Positions 1 through 12,752 of a stretch of 46,418 bases of DNA are shown piece after piece. Both the position numbers and the translations under genes were made by a program. Under the pieces are notes generated by a model that ran no database searches, was not told where the DNA came from, and saw only the letters and a list, made by a program, of their open reading frames with translations. This stretch comes from Paraglomus brasilianum (lineage: Eukaryota), in NCBI GenBank assembly GCA_910592345.1, contig CAJVPI010000171.1, positions 1-46,418 of the forward strand. The letters run 5' to 3'. How positions within the stretch are numbered: the stretch's first letter is position 1; every line of letters starts with the position of its first letter.

Positions 1-44
1 GCTACGCTCCGTTCGAAGAAAGTTAAATCCTTACGAGTCACGTG

Positions 45-278
45 TCATTCCGCTCTCCCGTGACATTTGCCTCGACAGTACTTTGCTTCTCCATCCTCAC
101 CAGCCCAGTTGAAATCAACAAATCTTACTTCTCCACTTCTCCAGAGAATATTTGTCGTGCAAAGGTCCCCATAAACCAAGCCATTTTTGTGAAGAGTATT
201 TGCCATCAAAACTGCCTGTTGTATTGCAGCAGCAATTTTATCACGAGAAACAAAACCCTCAAGATATTCCATGAACAC
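45..278 (-). pseudogene. Degenerate protein-kinase-like fragment (catalytic loop and DFxW region)
   Basis: Translation MEYLEG...LHKNGLVYGDLCTTNILW...RFVDFNWAG resembles the HGDLRxxNI and DFDW(A/S)G motifs of fungal kinase-like proteins, with substitutions. The frame is short and has no intact N-lobe upstream. Confidence 0.65.
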
Positions 279-506
279 CCTAAAAAGGCAAAGGCATGTC
301 CTCTAAACCAATGAGACCCTCAAACACTGCACATCAGTATGGAGCAGTTGATTCAGGACTGCTCTGTTGCAAATACAAAGTGATAGTGATGGGAGAGGAA
401 GTGTTGACACTGGTTCATACTACAAACCAACTAGTACTAGTAATACTCATTACATAGATAAATCTAATTACTAGATCTTAATCTTATTATCGATAATAGT
501 TGTCAC

Positions 507-620
507 AGCTGATGCTGAAATCCGGCTGAAGCTGAAACCATGACCTTTCATTGGTTGATCAAATTTTATTCTCTAATCCCATTGGTTAGTTTCAGCTTCA
601 GCTGGATTTCAGCATCAGCT
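507..620. mobile_element. MITE-like inverted-repeat element (114 bp, 32-bp arms)
   Basis: 507-538 AGCTGATGCTGAAATCCGGCTGAAGCTGAAAC is the reverse complement of 589-620 with 1 mismatch, around a 50-bp spacer. No clean TSD seen. Confidence 0.6.
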
Positions 621-791
621 CTCACAGTTAATTATTACATACAGTAACTCTAATAATAGATATATATAATTCAGCTGGAATGATCGATTATGAAAGTTAC
701 TTATTATAGGGTTTCGAGGTTAGCACAGAGTGAAATCTACCTATAAACGCTTGACAGACTAATACAAAATTGATAATATTGCTAATTATAT

Positions 792-880
792 TCAGTTCGG
801 GACCATCTCAGTCTAGAACTCAGTCATCTCAGTCATCTCAGTCCAGAATCCAGTCAGAACTGAGAAGGTTCCAAACTGAG
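792..880. repeat. Imperfect inverted repeat with internal CTCAGTC iterations (second MITE-like element)
   Basis: TCAGTTCGGGACCATCTCAGT (792-812) pairs with ACTGAGAAGGTTCCAAACTGA (859-879) with 3 mismatches; the interior repeats (CAT)CTCAGTC. Confidence 0.5.
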
Positions 881-1203
881 ATACAACAATTACATATTAG
901 AGAAGCAGATTACAATCTAATAAGATAATTGATAATCCTATTAGCAATTAATAATATTACCAGACGGAAACACCAATTCAGTGAGCCATTCGTGTTATAA
1001 GTCTCAAAGTTTATTTCAACAATCTCGTCAATGAAGGTCTATCTTGCTGCATTCCTTAACTCTATTTTCATGTATGTATGTAGTTTGATGTTTTGTATGA
1101 CAATTATGTGGGATGCATTATGAATCGGCACAATACAAGAATTATAGTGATGTAGGGATAACTATTTTGAACGTTAAAAATAAAATTAAAGAAATAACAA
1201 CAA

Positions 1204-2225
1204 TCACAAATGCTCTAACGGTTTTACAGCTCTATTTAAAGACAATATTTTTTCTACTACCATTTCTTTAGCCAAATACCACACTCTTGTACTTGCATTT
1301 CTTTCTTTTTCTTCAGATTTGAGTCTAGTTTTTGTAAAAACGTTGTCGAATATCTCCAACACATCGTCCGCATCATTCCAGAATTTTATTTCAGCTCGAA
1401 CGCTGCTGTAGTTGTCTATGATCAATTTCTCCAGGGTTCTGCCTTTTCTCACACATACGACATCCGTATCTCTTAATTGCAGTGACGGACAATAATCATT
1501 TACGCCATCCCCAACGTACACAACGTTATCATATTCTCTTAAATTTAACAATTGCCTCAATTCGTGGCCTTTGCATAGATTTCTATTGCACATTTTTTCT
1601 CCAGTAATCCTATGAATCGTGTTGCAATTTTGTTGTGAATGTGTATTACTGTCGATGGCTATACAATTCCCGGCATCCCATTCCGCATGGTTTGTGATTA
1701 TCTTGTCAATAAGATGGTGAACCCCATAATGAGTGAGGATGTGATCTATCCAGATAGTGTTTGCGTCACTCACAATTATTACATCAGCATTGTGGCGTTT
1801 AGCCATATGGAGGCACGATACCATCGACGGATGCATCGGAACTGAAGATAAGGCTGATTCGATTTGTGACCGTGTTATACCAGCTGAATGAAGTTCTTTC
1901 AAAAGCACAGCCTAACGTTTAAAACGATGATGTAATTCTTTGTGGCTGGGCTGCAGAATTGAATACACGAAACAAAAGCACTATTCTGTTTCCTACCATC
2001 ATGTCGATCCATTCCATAGAATGTTGCAGCTTATCCATTTTCATTCGAAGCGGCTTTGACAACTTTTCTAAGACTATGCAATCACTACCAAATACACGAC
2101 GTATGATGAAGAAGGTGAGAAAGCTTAATAAATACGATCCAATGCATATTCAATTATTCTTACCTGTCCTCGTCAACAAGTGACCAGTCAAAATCGAATA
2201 CGACTAATGTCTTTGGATTTGACAT
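1204..2225 (-). CDS. PHOSPHO1/PHOSPHO2-like HAD phosphatase (pyridoxal-phosphate / phosphoethanolamine-phosphocholine phosphatase family), 285 aa; exons 2225-2164, 2084-1997, 1911-1204
   Basis: Splicing at two GT..AG introns gives MSNPKTLVVFDFDWSLVDEDSD (HAD motif I DxD), IIVSDAN (motif II), NLCKG (motif III Lys) and YVGDGVNDYCP (motif IV). Exon lengths 62+88+708 keep the frame. Confidence 0.92.
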
Positions 2226-3303
2226 GTTGTCGTTAATAAATTTTTATTTATTATATACTGTATCGCTTCATTTTGCGGTCTGTGGTGTTTATATATTCAC
2301 GGTACCAAATGTGTATTTCTATAATGGGCATTGAACATTCCGAAAATAGAGTTTACAAATAACCGCAGTCCATCCACTTATACTTTTTTCCCAGGCCCGT
2401 GTGAATTTCTGTAGTCACCATTTTTGTGACACACGTTGCATTCACCTAACGCTGGTTCATGTGTACAAATGACAGGGGAATTTGTTGCGGATAATAAAGT
2501 TCATGAGAAACGACCTATTGTTCGCCTTATTGTCAGGGTGACAGAGACGACATGTATTTGTAACAACGTTAGTCCATAGTAACCTTATCACGTTATAAAA
2601 TTTACTCGGCACTTTGCTTTATTAGTTCCGACAATACTGCAGTAAAATTAAAATTTAATTCAAGAGGGCTTGTAACCGTTACATAATTACACACAACTTT
2701 TCTCGTCAACTCTGCATCATTTATATACCAACTCAATCTATATACAAGTGCTTGGCAAGTAAACCAATTATAACAGATGGTGGTTTACTTTTCATTTTGC
2801 GCAAATATTGTTCACCGCTATTGTTAAGCTATTGGTCTAGTTACTCATAAGTATAATAATTTGCTCAGTAATCTATTCTTTGTCATTAACGCCTATGCTT
2901 TCATGACAAAAACCATGATATCACTAGTTGCGTAGAAGTTTGTAATCGATTTTTACTCTCTGCATTATGATCCATACTGCCTATGGCAGTCTGAACTGGA
3001 AACACTGCATTTATTGTATCCGAGTAACTCAAAAATTCCGTATCAAAACTTGTTGCATGTGCCCACGATCTCCGAATCTGCAAAATATTACGTACGAGCT
3101 AGTCATTGTTTTGTGTGACTTTTAATCATTGATCGTCAGCATGCATGCATACCAATGTAGAGTTTATTTTGTTCACGTGTAGCAGAAACAACATTCGATA
3201 AGACAAATTCCACACCAGTAAGTAGATCACGTTTAATACTAAAGTAACACATTTTATCCAAGACAAACATCCCACACCCAAGCATGATTTTTTTTCAACT
3301 CCT

Positions 3304-4419
3304 ATGGTCTCAAGTCCACCTCACTCGAATTCTCATTCTTTCCCCCCGCGAGTCCTCCTCATCGCCCTCGATGGCCTTGGGCGCTCTCCCGTGACTTACT
3401 CCGCTCACACTCCATTTCTCTCCTCCCTTCTCTCGAACGGCATATCTTTCCCCAGTGCACGTGCTGTATTTCCAACCGACAGCGCCCCTAATTGGGGCTC
3501 CGTTCTTCATGGAGTTTTGCCAGAAAAACATGGGCTGAGTAATGGAGACGTTGAGCGTGGAAAGGAGTTTGATGAGAATAGCATGTATCCGAGTTTGTTT
3601 AAGATACTGGTTAGAAGAGATGAAAAAAAAATTAACATGAGAAAGAAAAATGAAAAATACGGAAATACAATTGTTCTCGACAATTGTGAACGTGGTAACA
3701 AGGGTAAATTGACTAGGAATGCCTCCAAGTTTATCACTAAACCATTTATCTGCGCTGACAATATGTCATTAAACTCGAGACACCCTGTTTGTGACGAACC
3801 TATAAAATATGCTTCGTTTGTCGCATGGGCTCCGCTAAACACTGGCATAATAGAGCGTTCGATTCCAGGCGTATTCTACTCTCCTAAGTCAGAATCTCTC
3901 TGCACGCGTATACGACTCCATCTTAAACATCACACTCTAAAATCACCCTCATACGATACATACGTCTTACAACGGGTATTATCCTTTCTATCTTCGCCTG
4001 ACTCGAAAGATATCGAGCTGTTGCTTGTTCATTTTGTTGACGTCGATGAACAAGGTCATAACTACGGGTTCGGATCAGAGAAGTATTTGAAGCAATTGAG
4101 GATATTGGACGGACACGTCAGGGCGTTATTTGACGAGTTGGAGAAAGAGAGATGGTTGGAGAAGACGACAGTAGTTATTACTACTGACCATGGAGGGACG
4201 GGGAGATCACATGGTGAAAATAGTGAAAACGAGATGGGGTCTTTCGTTGTGGTTTGTGGAAGGGGTGTTCAGAGTGAAAATCTACGATCGCGTGAGGACG
4301 AGAAAATGTCAACAGAGGAGGTTAGGAATATGGATTGTGCGGCTATTGTATTGACTGCGCTAGGTGTAGATGTGCCCGACTGGTTTGACGCAAGGGTGCC
4401 TAAAGGGATATTTGAATGA
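3304..4419 (+). CDS. Alkaline phosphatase superfamily protein (type I phosphodiesterase / nucleotide pyrophosphatase-like), 371 aa, intronless
   Basis: Metal-binding and nucleophile motifs in the expected order: LIALDGLG, FPTDSAPNWGSVLHG..PEKHG, HFVDVDEQGH, ITTDHGG, SHG, then C-terminal NMDCAAIVLTALG. Confidence 0.9.
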   Translation: MVSSPPHSNSHSFPPRVLLIALDGLGRSPVTYSAHTPFLSSLLSNGISFPSARAVFPTDSAPNWGSVLHGVLPEKHGLSNGDVERGKEFDENSMYPSLFKILVRRDEKKINMRKKNEKYGNTIVLDNCERGNKGKLTRNASKFITKPFICADNMSLNSRHPVCDEPIKYASFVAWAPLNTGIIERSIPGVFYSPKSESLCTRIRLHLKHHTLKSPSYDTYVLQRVLSFLSSPDSKDIELLLVHFVDVDEQGHNYGFGSEKYLKQLRILDGHVRALFDELEKERWLEKTTVVITTDHGGTGRSHGENSENEMGSFVVVCGRGVQSENLRSREDEKMSTEEVRNMDCAAIVLTALGVDVPDWFDARVPKGIFE

Positions 4420-6878
4420 TAATGAGACACAACTTTTTGGTTCATCTTGCGTGAGAATAATAATAATAATAAATAAATAAAACGAGAGGTAATGTCTTTT
4501 GACGCATTACTCTAACAATCGATCATTGACCCTGCCAAAGGCAATGTTAAGATGAGATGCAAGTGATAAAGAGTAGTATACAATGAAAAAAGGGAATAAA
4601 GAAGTAGATATTCAAGAGGTTTTTAAACCAACTATGTATTCCGATTTATCCTAGTATTCGAGCAAAGTCTAATTTTGTAGACGCGTGTAGTGTGGTATTT
4701 GATACGTATTCAAAGTTATGTAACTATACATAACTTGTCGTCGTGTACATCCAAATCCCCTACAATAGAGTCCTTGGAACCTTAGCTTGGCTTTTTTGGT
4801 TCGTCTGTGTAGATTGAGTGCACGTTTGCAGGCAGTTAACTTTATGCTTCCAATGGCTCGAGCGTATGGCATTAGGTGTCGACGTTTTTGCAAAGACTGG
4901 CGCTTGAACACGTTTACCTATGATGGCACAGTACAAAGAATTTTGATACAAGTGTGCAAATATATATAGTCGGTCTACTGAACTTTGAATACTTACAGTT
5001 ATTAGCCCATCATTGCCGTTGCGAGGTTAAGGAATACGCCATTCGCTTTAAGTAACGTTGTTTCTGTTTTACTATCTTTAACCCCAAGTACGTGAACAAT
5101 GGTTGGCGAGCACTGCTATTTTGTATTCGATTTTTATATTCACTTTGAACGAAATTTAGATACTCGGTTTGAAGCGGAGCGGTTGGGTTGGCTTTATATA
5201 TCGGAAAGATAGTATGGGCGTTCCATACGTATGATAAACTTTACGGTTATATAATGTGTGAATTTCTAATGTATCCCAAATTCTAATTAGTATAACTAAT
5301 TCGCATCTGTATATTGAGCACACTCGGGATACTGATAAGCACATTATACATTTGAGTATGTTAGCAAGTAAAGACTAACGTGAATAATGACTAAAACAAA
5401 GCCGGACGTAACTTATTGATGTTTCCTCGTTTTATCGTTATTACTAGTTGTTTCGGCTTGCAATATTTTCTCGTGCATATATACTGATAGGTTAAGCATT
5501 CATTAGGGCCCCCTTAAGCAGTTGAAAATATATCTAGAAGCATTAGAGCTGATAATTCTATCACAAGCACTAACTGGGGAAGAAATTAAGTAATCAGCAG
5601 GAAGAAAAGTCCGAGTTCTCAAGTGTCGTGTATCATTGCTCTTCAGATATATTGGTACAATACACCAAGCCTCACCTCCATGTTTGGCTAAAAGCCCATA
5701 TTTCCTACTCCAATTTTCGAGCATAACTTGGGCCATTATTAGATACTGTAACATTTAATTGTTTGCAGAGTATCAAGTCTAAGTTTTTGTTAACATACTT
5801 CTAATATGCACTTTCAGTTGATCTGTTTGCTGTTCATATTGTTGGTTAAGTGCTCACTAGTTTTCAACGACCACCTTGCACATTTTATCAGCTGCTGAAA
5901 GAAATCCGTTTTGGCAATTACCTTGTAGGATTGCTTCACTACAAAATTAAATGAGGGCATATCAATTATAAATGTTAGTACTGCAATTATTGTTCCGATA
6001 ACTGTCATTTTAGCAAAGCCAAATTTTTATAATTAACACATACAGCTTTGGTTTATTCAGACATTTTAACTTAAAGATCCGAAATCGTTGGCCTGTTTAT
6101 TATATAGTTTGTAAGAAAAAAAATAGATCGCGCTTTATCAGTATCCATACATTAACCCTTCCAACAAGAAATAATAATAACGTTAATTTATTCAGTTCCA
6201 ACCAACCTAAACTGATCTAAAACCTTTAAATTAGCGGGTCCGATACTTTTGTCCAGGTAGTGTATACGAGTTGTGTAATAGTAGGATACTAATAGATGCC
6301 GTAAATTTGAAAGCAACGCGACAGAGACGAAAGACGAAAGAGACTTGTTAGTATTAGTATCATACATAGTCCGAGTATTGCGGCCAAGGTGCCATGAGAA
6401 GCGTTAAAATTATGTGGAATATTAATTTCTTAGCACCACCGTTAGTGAAGACAAGTTCTTTGAACAAACGATTTTTTGGAAAAGAACTTTTATTAAACAA
6501 TGACGACGTACAAAATCCTTCTTCTGTCTCAACCTATGTCTGAAATACATAACACCAAGTCATCCTGCTATACATACGTGGTATTTTAATTTCTTTTCAC
6601 TAAAAGTCTTGTTTGTTTACACCATACCTGACTCTAAATTCAATGCTACCTTTTAAAACTAGAGGGGTTTGTTAGTGCGTATGTCGTATCGTCAAGTACA
6701 CGGTAAAGTTTTCTGGATTATGCAATTTCCGTACGAGTTGCTTGCTTTGATGAACACTTTGCCCAGTGATATCGCAGTCATCTAGATAAAAACGCTTTGT
6801 TTTATTCTTTGTAAAAGATGCTCATAAAATCAATTAGAGTGTATTGTTGTTACCTAGAACTATTGTATACTATTTGGT

Positions 6879-6914
6879 TATTACGTTATCAAAAATATTT
6901 TTGATAACGTAATA
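6879..6914. repeat. Perfect 36-bp palindrome
   Basis: TATTACGTTATCAAAAATATTTTTGATAACGTAATA equals its own reverse complement. Confidence 0.9.
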
Positions 6915-9900
6915 TTTTTCTAAACCCAGTATCGTGTACGAATTCGGTGACTTTAGAGGGGTCAATAGTAATAGTTTCATACTGGACAATTGAATCTTCA
7001 GTTTTCGCATTCTACCGCTACTACAGATAAACAGTCCCATACAGTACAGCGTCAGTATTAGCTTTTAAACTTGATCGAGTTCAAGAAATAAAACCAATTG
7101 AAACTGTCCTACTCTGTTAATTATTTCCCATTTGCTGTAGTAAGAGTGAACGAATGAGTGAAAGAAGAGATATCAGTAGCTGTAATGGAAACTAATACAA
7201 GTACGATTTGATGTTTTGGCGGGTGAACACCGTCAAAAAAACCGAAATCCATGTGCATATACAGTTACCGCCCTTATCAATACAATTCTAATTATTATAT
7301 CACATTCTGTGCAGATGAACTCCATGTAATGGCATTGTCTGTTATATTATGTACAACATCCAACTTGCATGCGTAAATGTGTAATGTGTAATAGTAATAC
7401 ATGTGCTGCCATGTCATTCCGCCACTCCAAAGAAAATTTTCCTTTTTTGACATGGTGTGCCCTTGTTATACGTGGCACAAAGTATCCTTTAGAATGCGGT
7501 TAATCTTCTTTCTCCCAGACGTCCAACCTCTATGGTCCATCTATCAATGTTCCCTTATAACAAATATGGTCTGCACACGCTTTTTCGGAAGACTCTTTTT
7601 TTGGTGTGGTGTGTTCCTGTTAGTTTCAAGAATTTCCACAGGGACTTTCCCGTATTACAAAACGTTTTTATCACTTGCTTTGAGAGAGAATACATGACTA
7701 ATGAAATAAAAAAAAGTCTAACCAAAAAAATCGATATTGGTTTATGCAAAAAAAAAAAAAAAAAAAAAAAAGGGTAGATTCGAAAGATAATCAAGAGTTG
7801 GAATCTTGCCTGCTAAAAATAGTTGTTCACATGCTTGCCCGCAGTTCCTGTCGAATATATGCCGCTTGCTTTGACTAGCGACTCTTTTCCTTGATTGTAT
7901 GACTAATAATGGACGACCGCGGCATCTAATAATTATCGACATGTTAGAATTCCATAATAATAAACGAATGCCGTTGATGTCTTTGTAAAGAATAGTCTGG
8001 CTGCACACATTACCATCAACGACAAAAACATTTATGCAATGGAGGGTGTTGCGCTCTGTAAGGCAAGTATGCAGGAGGAGAATGCCTTTGAAGAATGCAC
8101 GGTTGTGGTCCACCATCAATAATTGTCGTATCACATAATTATAACATTTCGAGCCCTTCCTGTCCTCAATGGAATAAAATTCTCACAATCGTACAAGATG
8201 CTGTAATCTTTGCCAATTGTCACCGTTACATATTAAAAGAAAAAAAAAAAAAGCTTGTTACCCCACGTATGTGAGAATCTAAACATACAACGACAGTTAT
8301 CCGTAATTTGTGTGACCGTATTCCAGATATCAGTTCTATGAATCAGTTCTTTTGTTCATTGATGATGCAATTTTATGTATGCTTCGTAATATATTAATTT
8401 ACCCGGTCTATTATGCTTACCCAATAATGCGAATTCGGAATGTCGTCAAAAGATGTGTTGCAAAAGATCAACTCACCATCATTAATTATATTATCTGTGT
8501 AACTAGTCGTATTAGCCGGGTTAGGATTGCTTCTTACTAATGTATAAATCGTGCTCCGGTAATGGTTGCCCAAAATAAAATTGTTGTTGCTAAAGTTTTT
8601 TTCTTTTAATCGAGCAAGTATTAATCATGACTAACCGGTAACAAATGTACACAATAGTAATGAATTAATTAAATGCTTTCTCTGCAGATTCACCAAGACT
8701 CTGATGATCCAGCTAATTGATTCGCTCACCATATGAAATAGATTTTGCGGGAAATAAGCCTACGTATTTCTACGTATTGATGTTAATATTGCGGATATTC
8801 CATGGTCAAAACGTAGTTACAACAAAATGAAGATCTCAATATTTATACAACGCAAAACTTACCATCAATTAACTTTTCCTCTAACCAATTTTGCTTAAAA
8901 AAAGCCTTGGCCAGATTTCTTGGTGTTTCAAATTAATTCAACCCTTTAGCTAGTTGACATGTATTGCTATATAGTTGTAAAGTGTTACACTATGGAACTG
9001 TGCAATGCGTGTATATTTCATTTAGGAATTTACTCATTCGAACAGCAGCCAAGCAAGCCAAACTGTAGGATGGTTTTCGTGACGAAAGAAAATTTGTTAA
9101 TATGGCAGCAATCAAGACAAGAATTTGGTTTAAAAGTTTTGGTTTAAATTCAGAAACCGTTAAACAACTTTCTTCTATTAACGGTTGGCGAAGAGGAAAA
9201 GGTCTGGATAAATAATATTGTAAAATTAAACATGTATTCCAAGTTTACAGAAACCAAAATTGTCAGTAATCGTTTCTTGGCACAACGAATAATTTGACAG
9301 CCGTAAGCTAGGATAATGTTGTTGCTAACTGTCGACTAGACAGCGATAGCTTTTCCGACAAGGACCGTTATTTACTATTAAGCCGTGTGAGGCAATAAAT
9401 ATAATTGCAATGAGAGTCTTTACCTAGCGATGAATACAGCGAGTTGCTAACGAACAAATTATTTTACTAAATGACAAGATTAATCAATAAACATATAAAA
9501 CTCGTACCATATCTTGCTTGAGGAACGATTACTCAGCGAGCGGATAATTAATGTGCAAGGCACCATACACGAAATTACAATTTTGAAAAGTTTCAAACAA
9601 CCTCATCACGTCCCTGATGTGGCTAACTTTTTGTGGCGTCAAATTACTTTGTCTGGCATATAGACCCCTTATAAGACATCCCTTGTTGTGTATAAGTTTT
9701 TCTATAAAAGTTATTTTTGACCGCCATCGGTATTTTCGATCTTTCTATCAAAAATTTCCATAACAACCTTCGGTACTTCTTTAAAAGTTTTCTAAACCAT
9801 GCACAGAATATTATTTATTTTAAAGAAATGTACTACATTGATGGATAAATTGGATCGATTATATCTATACCGTATACAAATGTCTATAATTGTTTAGAAA

Positions 9901-12607
9901 GCATAATAAGAGATCGTGTGAATGATCGATTGGATGTATATTCGAGTCAGATGTTGTCGAGCTGATGTTATCAGTCATACATATACTAAACAATTTATTT
10001 TCCCTCATTGAGACAATAGCCCCATCGTCATTCATGATCACTTTGGACGATGAAATTCAAATTGATATCATTTCCAATGGTACCCACATTTGTTTCATTA
10101 TCATCAATGATGTAACGGTTTGTTACATTAGGAACGATGAATGGTTCGTCACATGAGACAAGAACACTAGACTTGACAAAGAACCGTCAACAATATGCAG
10201 GTATTTGTATTATTTAATGTCATTCATCCGTTTTACTTTGTATATTGTATGCACCGCGAAATATACTACTGCATCTGAATATACGGCATTGGCTTAAATA
10301 TGAGCCTAGAATGCTGTATTTCCTGATATCGGAATTTCAATTCCGTAAATTTGGTACTAAATTGACATCAGCTGAGATGCAGTGCGACCAATATATCTAT
10401 TATTAGATGCATCTATTTGGGAAGATTCTAAGAGTGCAGGTCACACAAACCAATAAGATTTGGTCATTGTGCGCGCAGTTCAACCGACCAAACAATCGAT
10501 TTTGTACACAAGTTTTACTTTTTTTGTCACAAATTTTCAAACTCTGAGGAATAAAAAGACTCTTATAATCTTAAAAAAGAAATTTGCGAATACACGTATA
10601 TTAAACCCGAGGTAAAGCCGATATCTAATATAAACGCAAGGCAATTTTTTACGAGTACATGCGTACGTACTCCATGTTTGTTATTGATAAATTGTCTAAT
10701 TAGACAAGTCTCGGAGAAGGCTTGTTCTAAACATTTGTATATCTATTTGTACAAAATTAGCTAGTTTTGATAAATGTACGAATAATATTTTACTTACCAG
10801 TATGCTATCTTTGTCCTCTTTGTTCATTCGTCAATAAAAGATACCCGAACTAACGTCGTAACCTAAAAAGTAGTAAATAATATATACTGATACAAACGGT
10901 GTGGGTATTGTATTCATAGTATATGCACGTATACCTCATACACTTACTCTGTTTGATTGTTATACAGTTAGTTCCTATAAGCAGAGCATAAGATAAGAAC
11001 ACTCGTCTACATAAACACTGTTATGGGACGGCCGATTATCTCCGACGCGTAAACGTGAGAATTAATCATTGACAAAACGCCCATTTTTGCACATGAAAAT
11101 GTTTCGTATGCAAGAACAATGAATTAAAGGATCCTGTAACAGGTAACTGCGTGCGCCTCTTGTAGATATCTCCCGTTTAGTTTACATGAATGCCATCAAA
11201 AGCAAAGCAAGGCGTTTAAAACCGGTTTGGTCGAGATTGATTGAATATGTCCAATGACATGCTTTTGACGCGTAAATATGACATGACATGATATTATTGG
11301 TATACTTAAAAACAAAGGGGCTTTGTGTTTGTCGAAAACACTAGTACAAATTGATTCTACCTGTAAGCACAAACGCTGTTCTACAATCGATTGTCTCTAA
11401 AAGTAAGGAAGACTAATTCAATTTCCCATTAGCGAATTGACAGTTGTGTAGGATTAAACTAGAAATTTTTGTTCGAGATGACCTGCCCAAAAATAACAAT
11501 CGGAAAAAAACGATTGTTTGAAAGCTTGCGTAATTGAGCAATTACTTTTTAGGGTCAGGATATTTTCAGGGAGAAAGGGTGTTTGAAAAATGCAGTTAAT
11601 AAAGCATTATTATTAAATAATTAACATTATTTTATTAATTGGTAATCGAAAGGTCAATCAGAAAATGGCGATGAAGAGATAAAAATAAAATTCCGTCCCA
11701 TTATCGATTGCCCGATATTCGCAATCATCACATCATGGAACAAATAAGGCCATCTGCATCCTTTTGTTTCCTTTTTTTTGGTCGGCGAAACGAGAACGCA
11801 TCTCTCGTAAAGTGATAAACGATTGTAAACGTAATGATTACGAAAGAGCATGCAGCTTCTAAACGAAATAAAATTATTTTTGGGGATGAGACAAGACCCC
11901 CACACTTTCCAAGACTTGCAAGCTTCCAATGTTTGATGGAAAGAACGAGACCAAAGAACGAGTCGAGGCAAAGAATAAAAGCATACATATAATCTATACC
12001 TGTTCGGGGACCACTTTATTCCATAGAGAAGGTAGTATATAGAAACGGTTAGAACCAAACATCAATAATTAAAGAGCTTGTGTGCGGTTAGACATATTCT
12101 GTGGCTGATGTGATCACCTGCCACTAATATCATGCGGTGTGATCATGAGACACTTGTCATTTTACCCTTCATCAAATGAGCCTGCATTTTTCTCACACAT
12201 TCACATCTCTTCTTTCGAGAACGGGGGCAGAAATATAATGTTTCTGATTTGTTCCGATATTTTCTGTGGCAGATACTGTCTAAATCTGAAACATTGACAA
12301 CAAACGTAAAATGAACATGGGTGACAAGAACGAGGAAAGCAAGCATTGACTATAATAAACGGTATTTACATCTTGTCATACTTGTAGGATAATATGACGG
12401 TACATATCGCGCAACGCATAAACTTATGTGTTTCAAGTATGAATGATGTATAGTTATTGTAGTATAACTATTGTCTTGAGCAATAAAGTTAACATGTATA
12501 ATCGGCATGCATGTATAAAAATTTGAGTTGGTCATAGTCCTTTTTTTGTATTTACGGCGTTTGCATATCCTTCTTTCGGATAGTCATGCCAATTTTATTT
12601 TTGGGAA

Positions 12608-12752
12608 AAGAGGGTGGATGAAGGGGTGGGGTGGGAGGTTGTTGGTGGGAGGTTGGTGGGAGGTTGTTGGTGGGAGGTGAGGAGGTTGGTTGGTGGGAGG
12701 TGAGGAGGGAATGGTGGGGGTGGGAGGGAAAAAGGAAGAGGAAAAGAAGAGT
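12608..12752. repeat. G-rich low-complexity tract with GGTGGGAGG(TTGTT) iterations
   Basis: About five copies of GGTGGGAGG in a C-free stretch on the + strand. Confidence 0.8.

Noticed and set aside
7401..8134. Overlapping ORFs around the 24-nt poly-A at 7748-7771; possible retroposon tail
   Set aside because: No domain motif, TSD or RT remnant recognised; the poly-K/poly-F translations come from the homopolymer.
11654..12058. Two overlapping minus-strand ORFs (134 and 86 aa)
   Set aside because: No recognisable domain or convincing gene structure.
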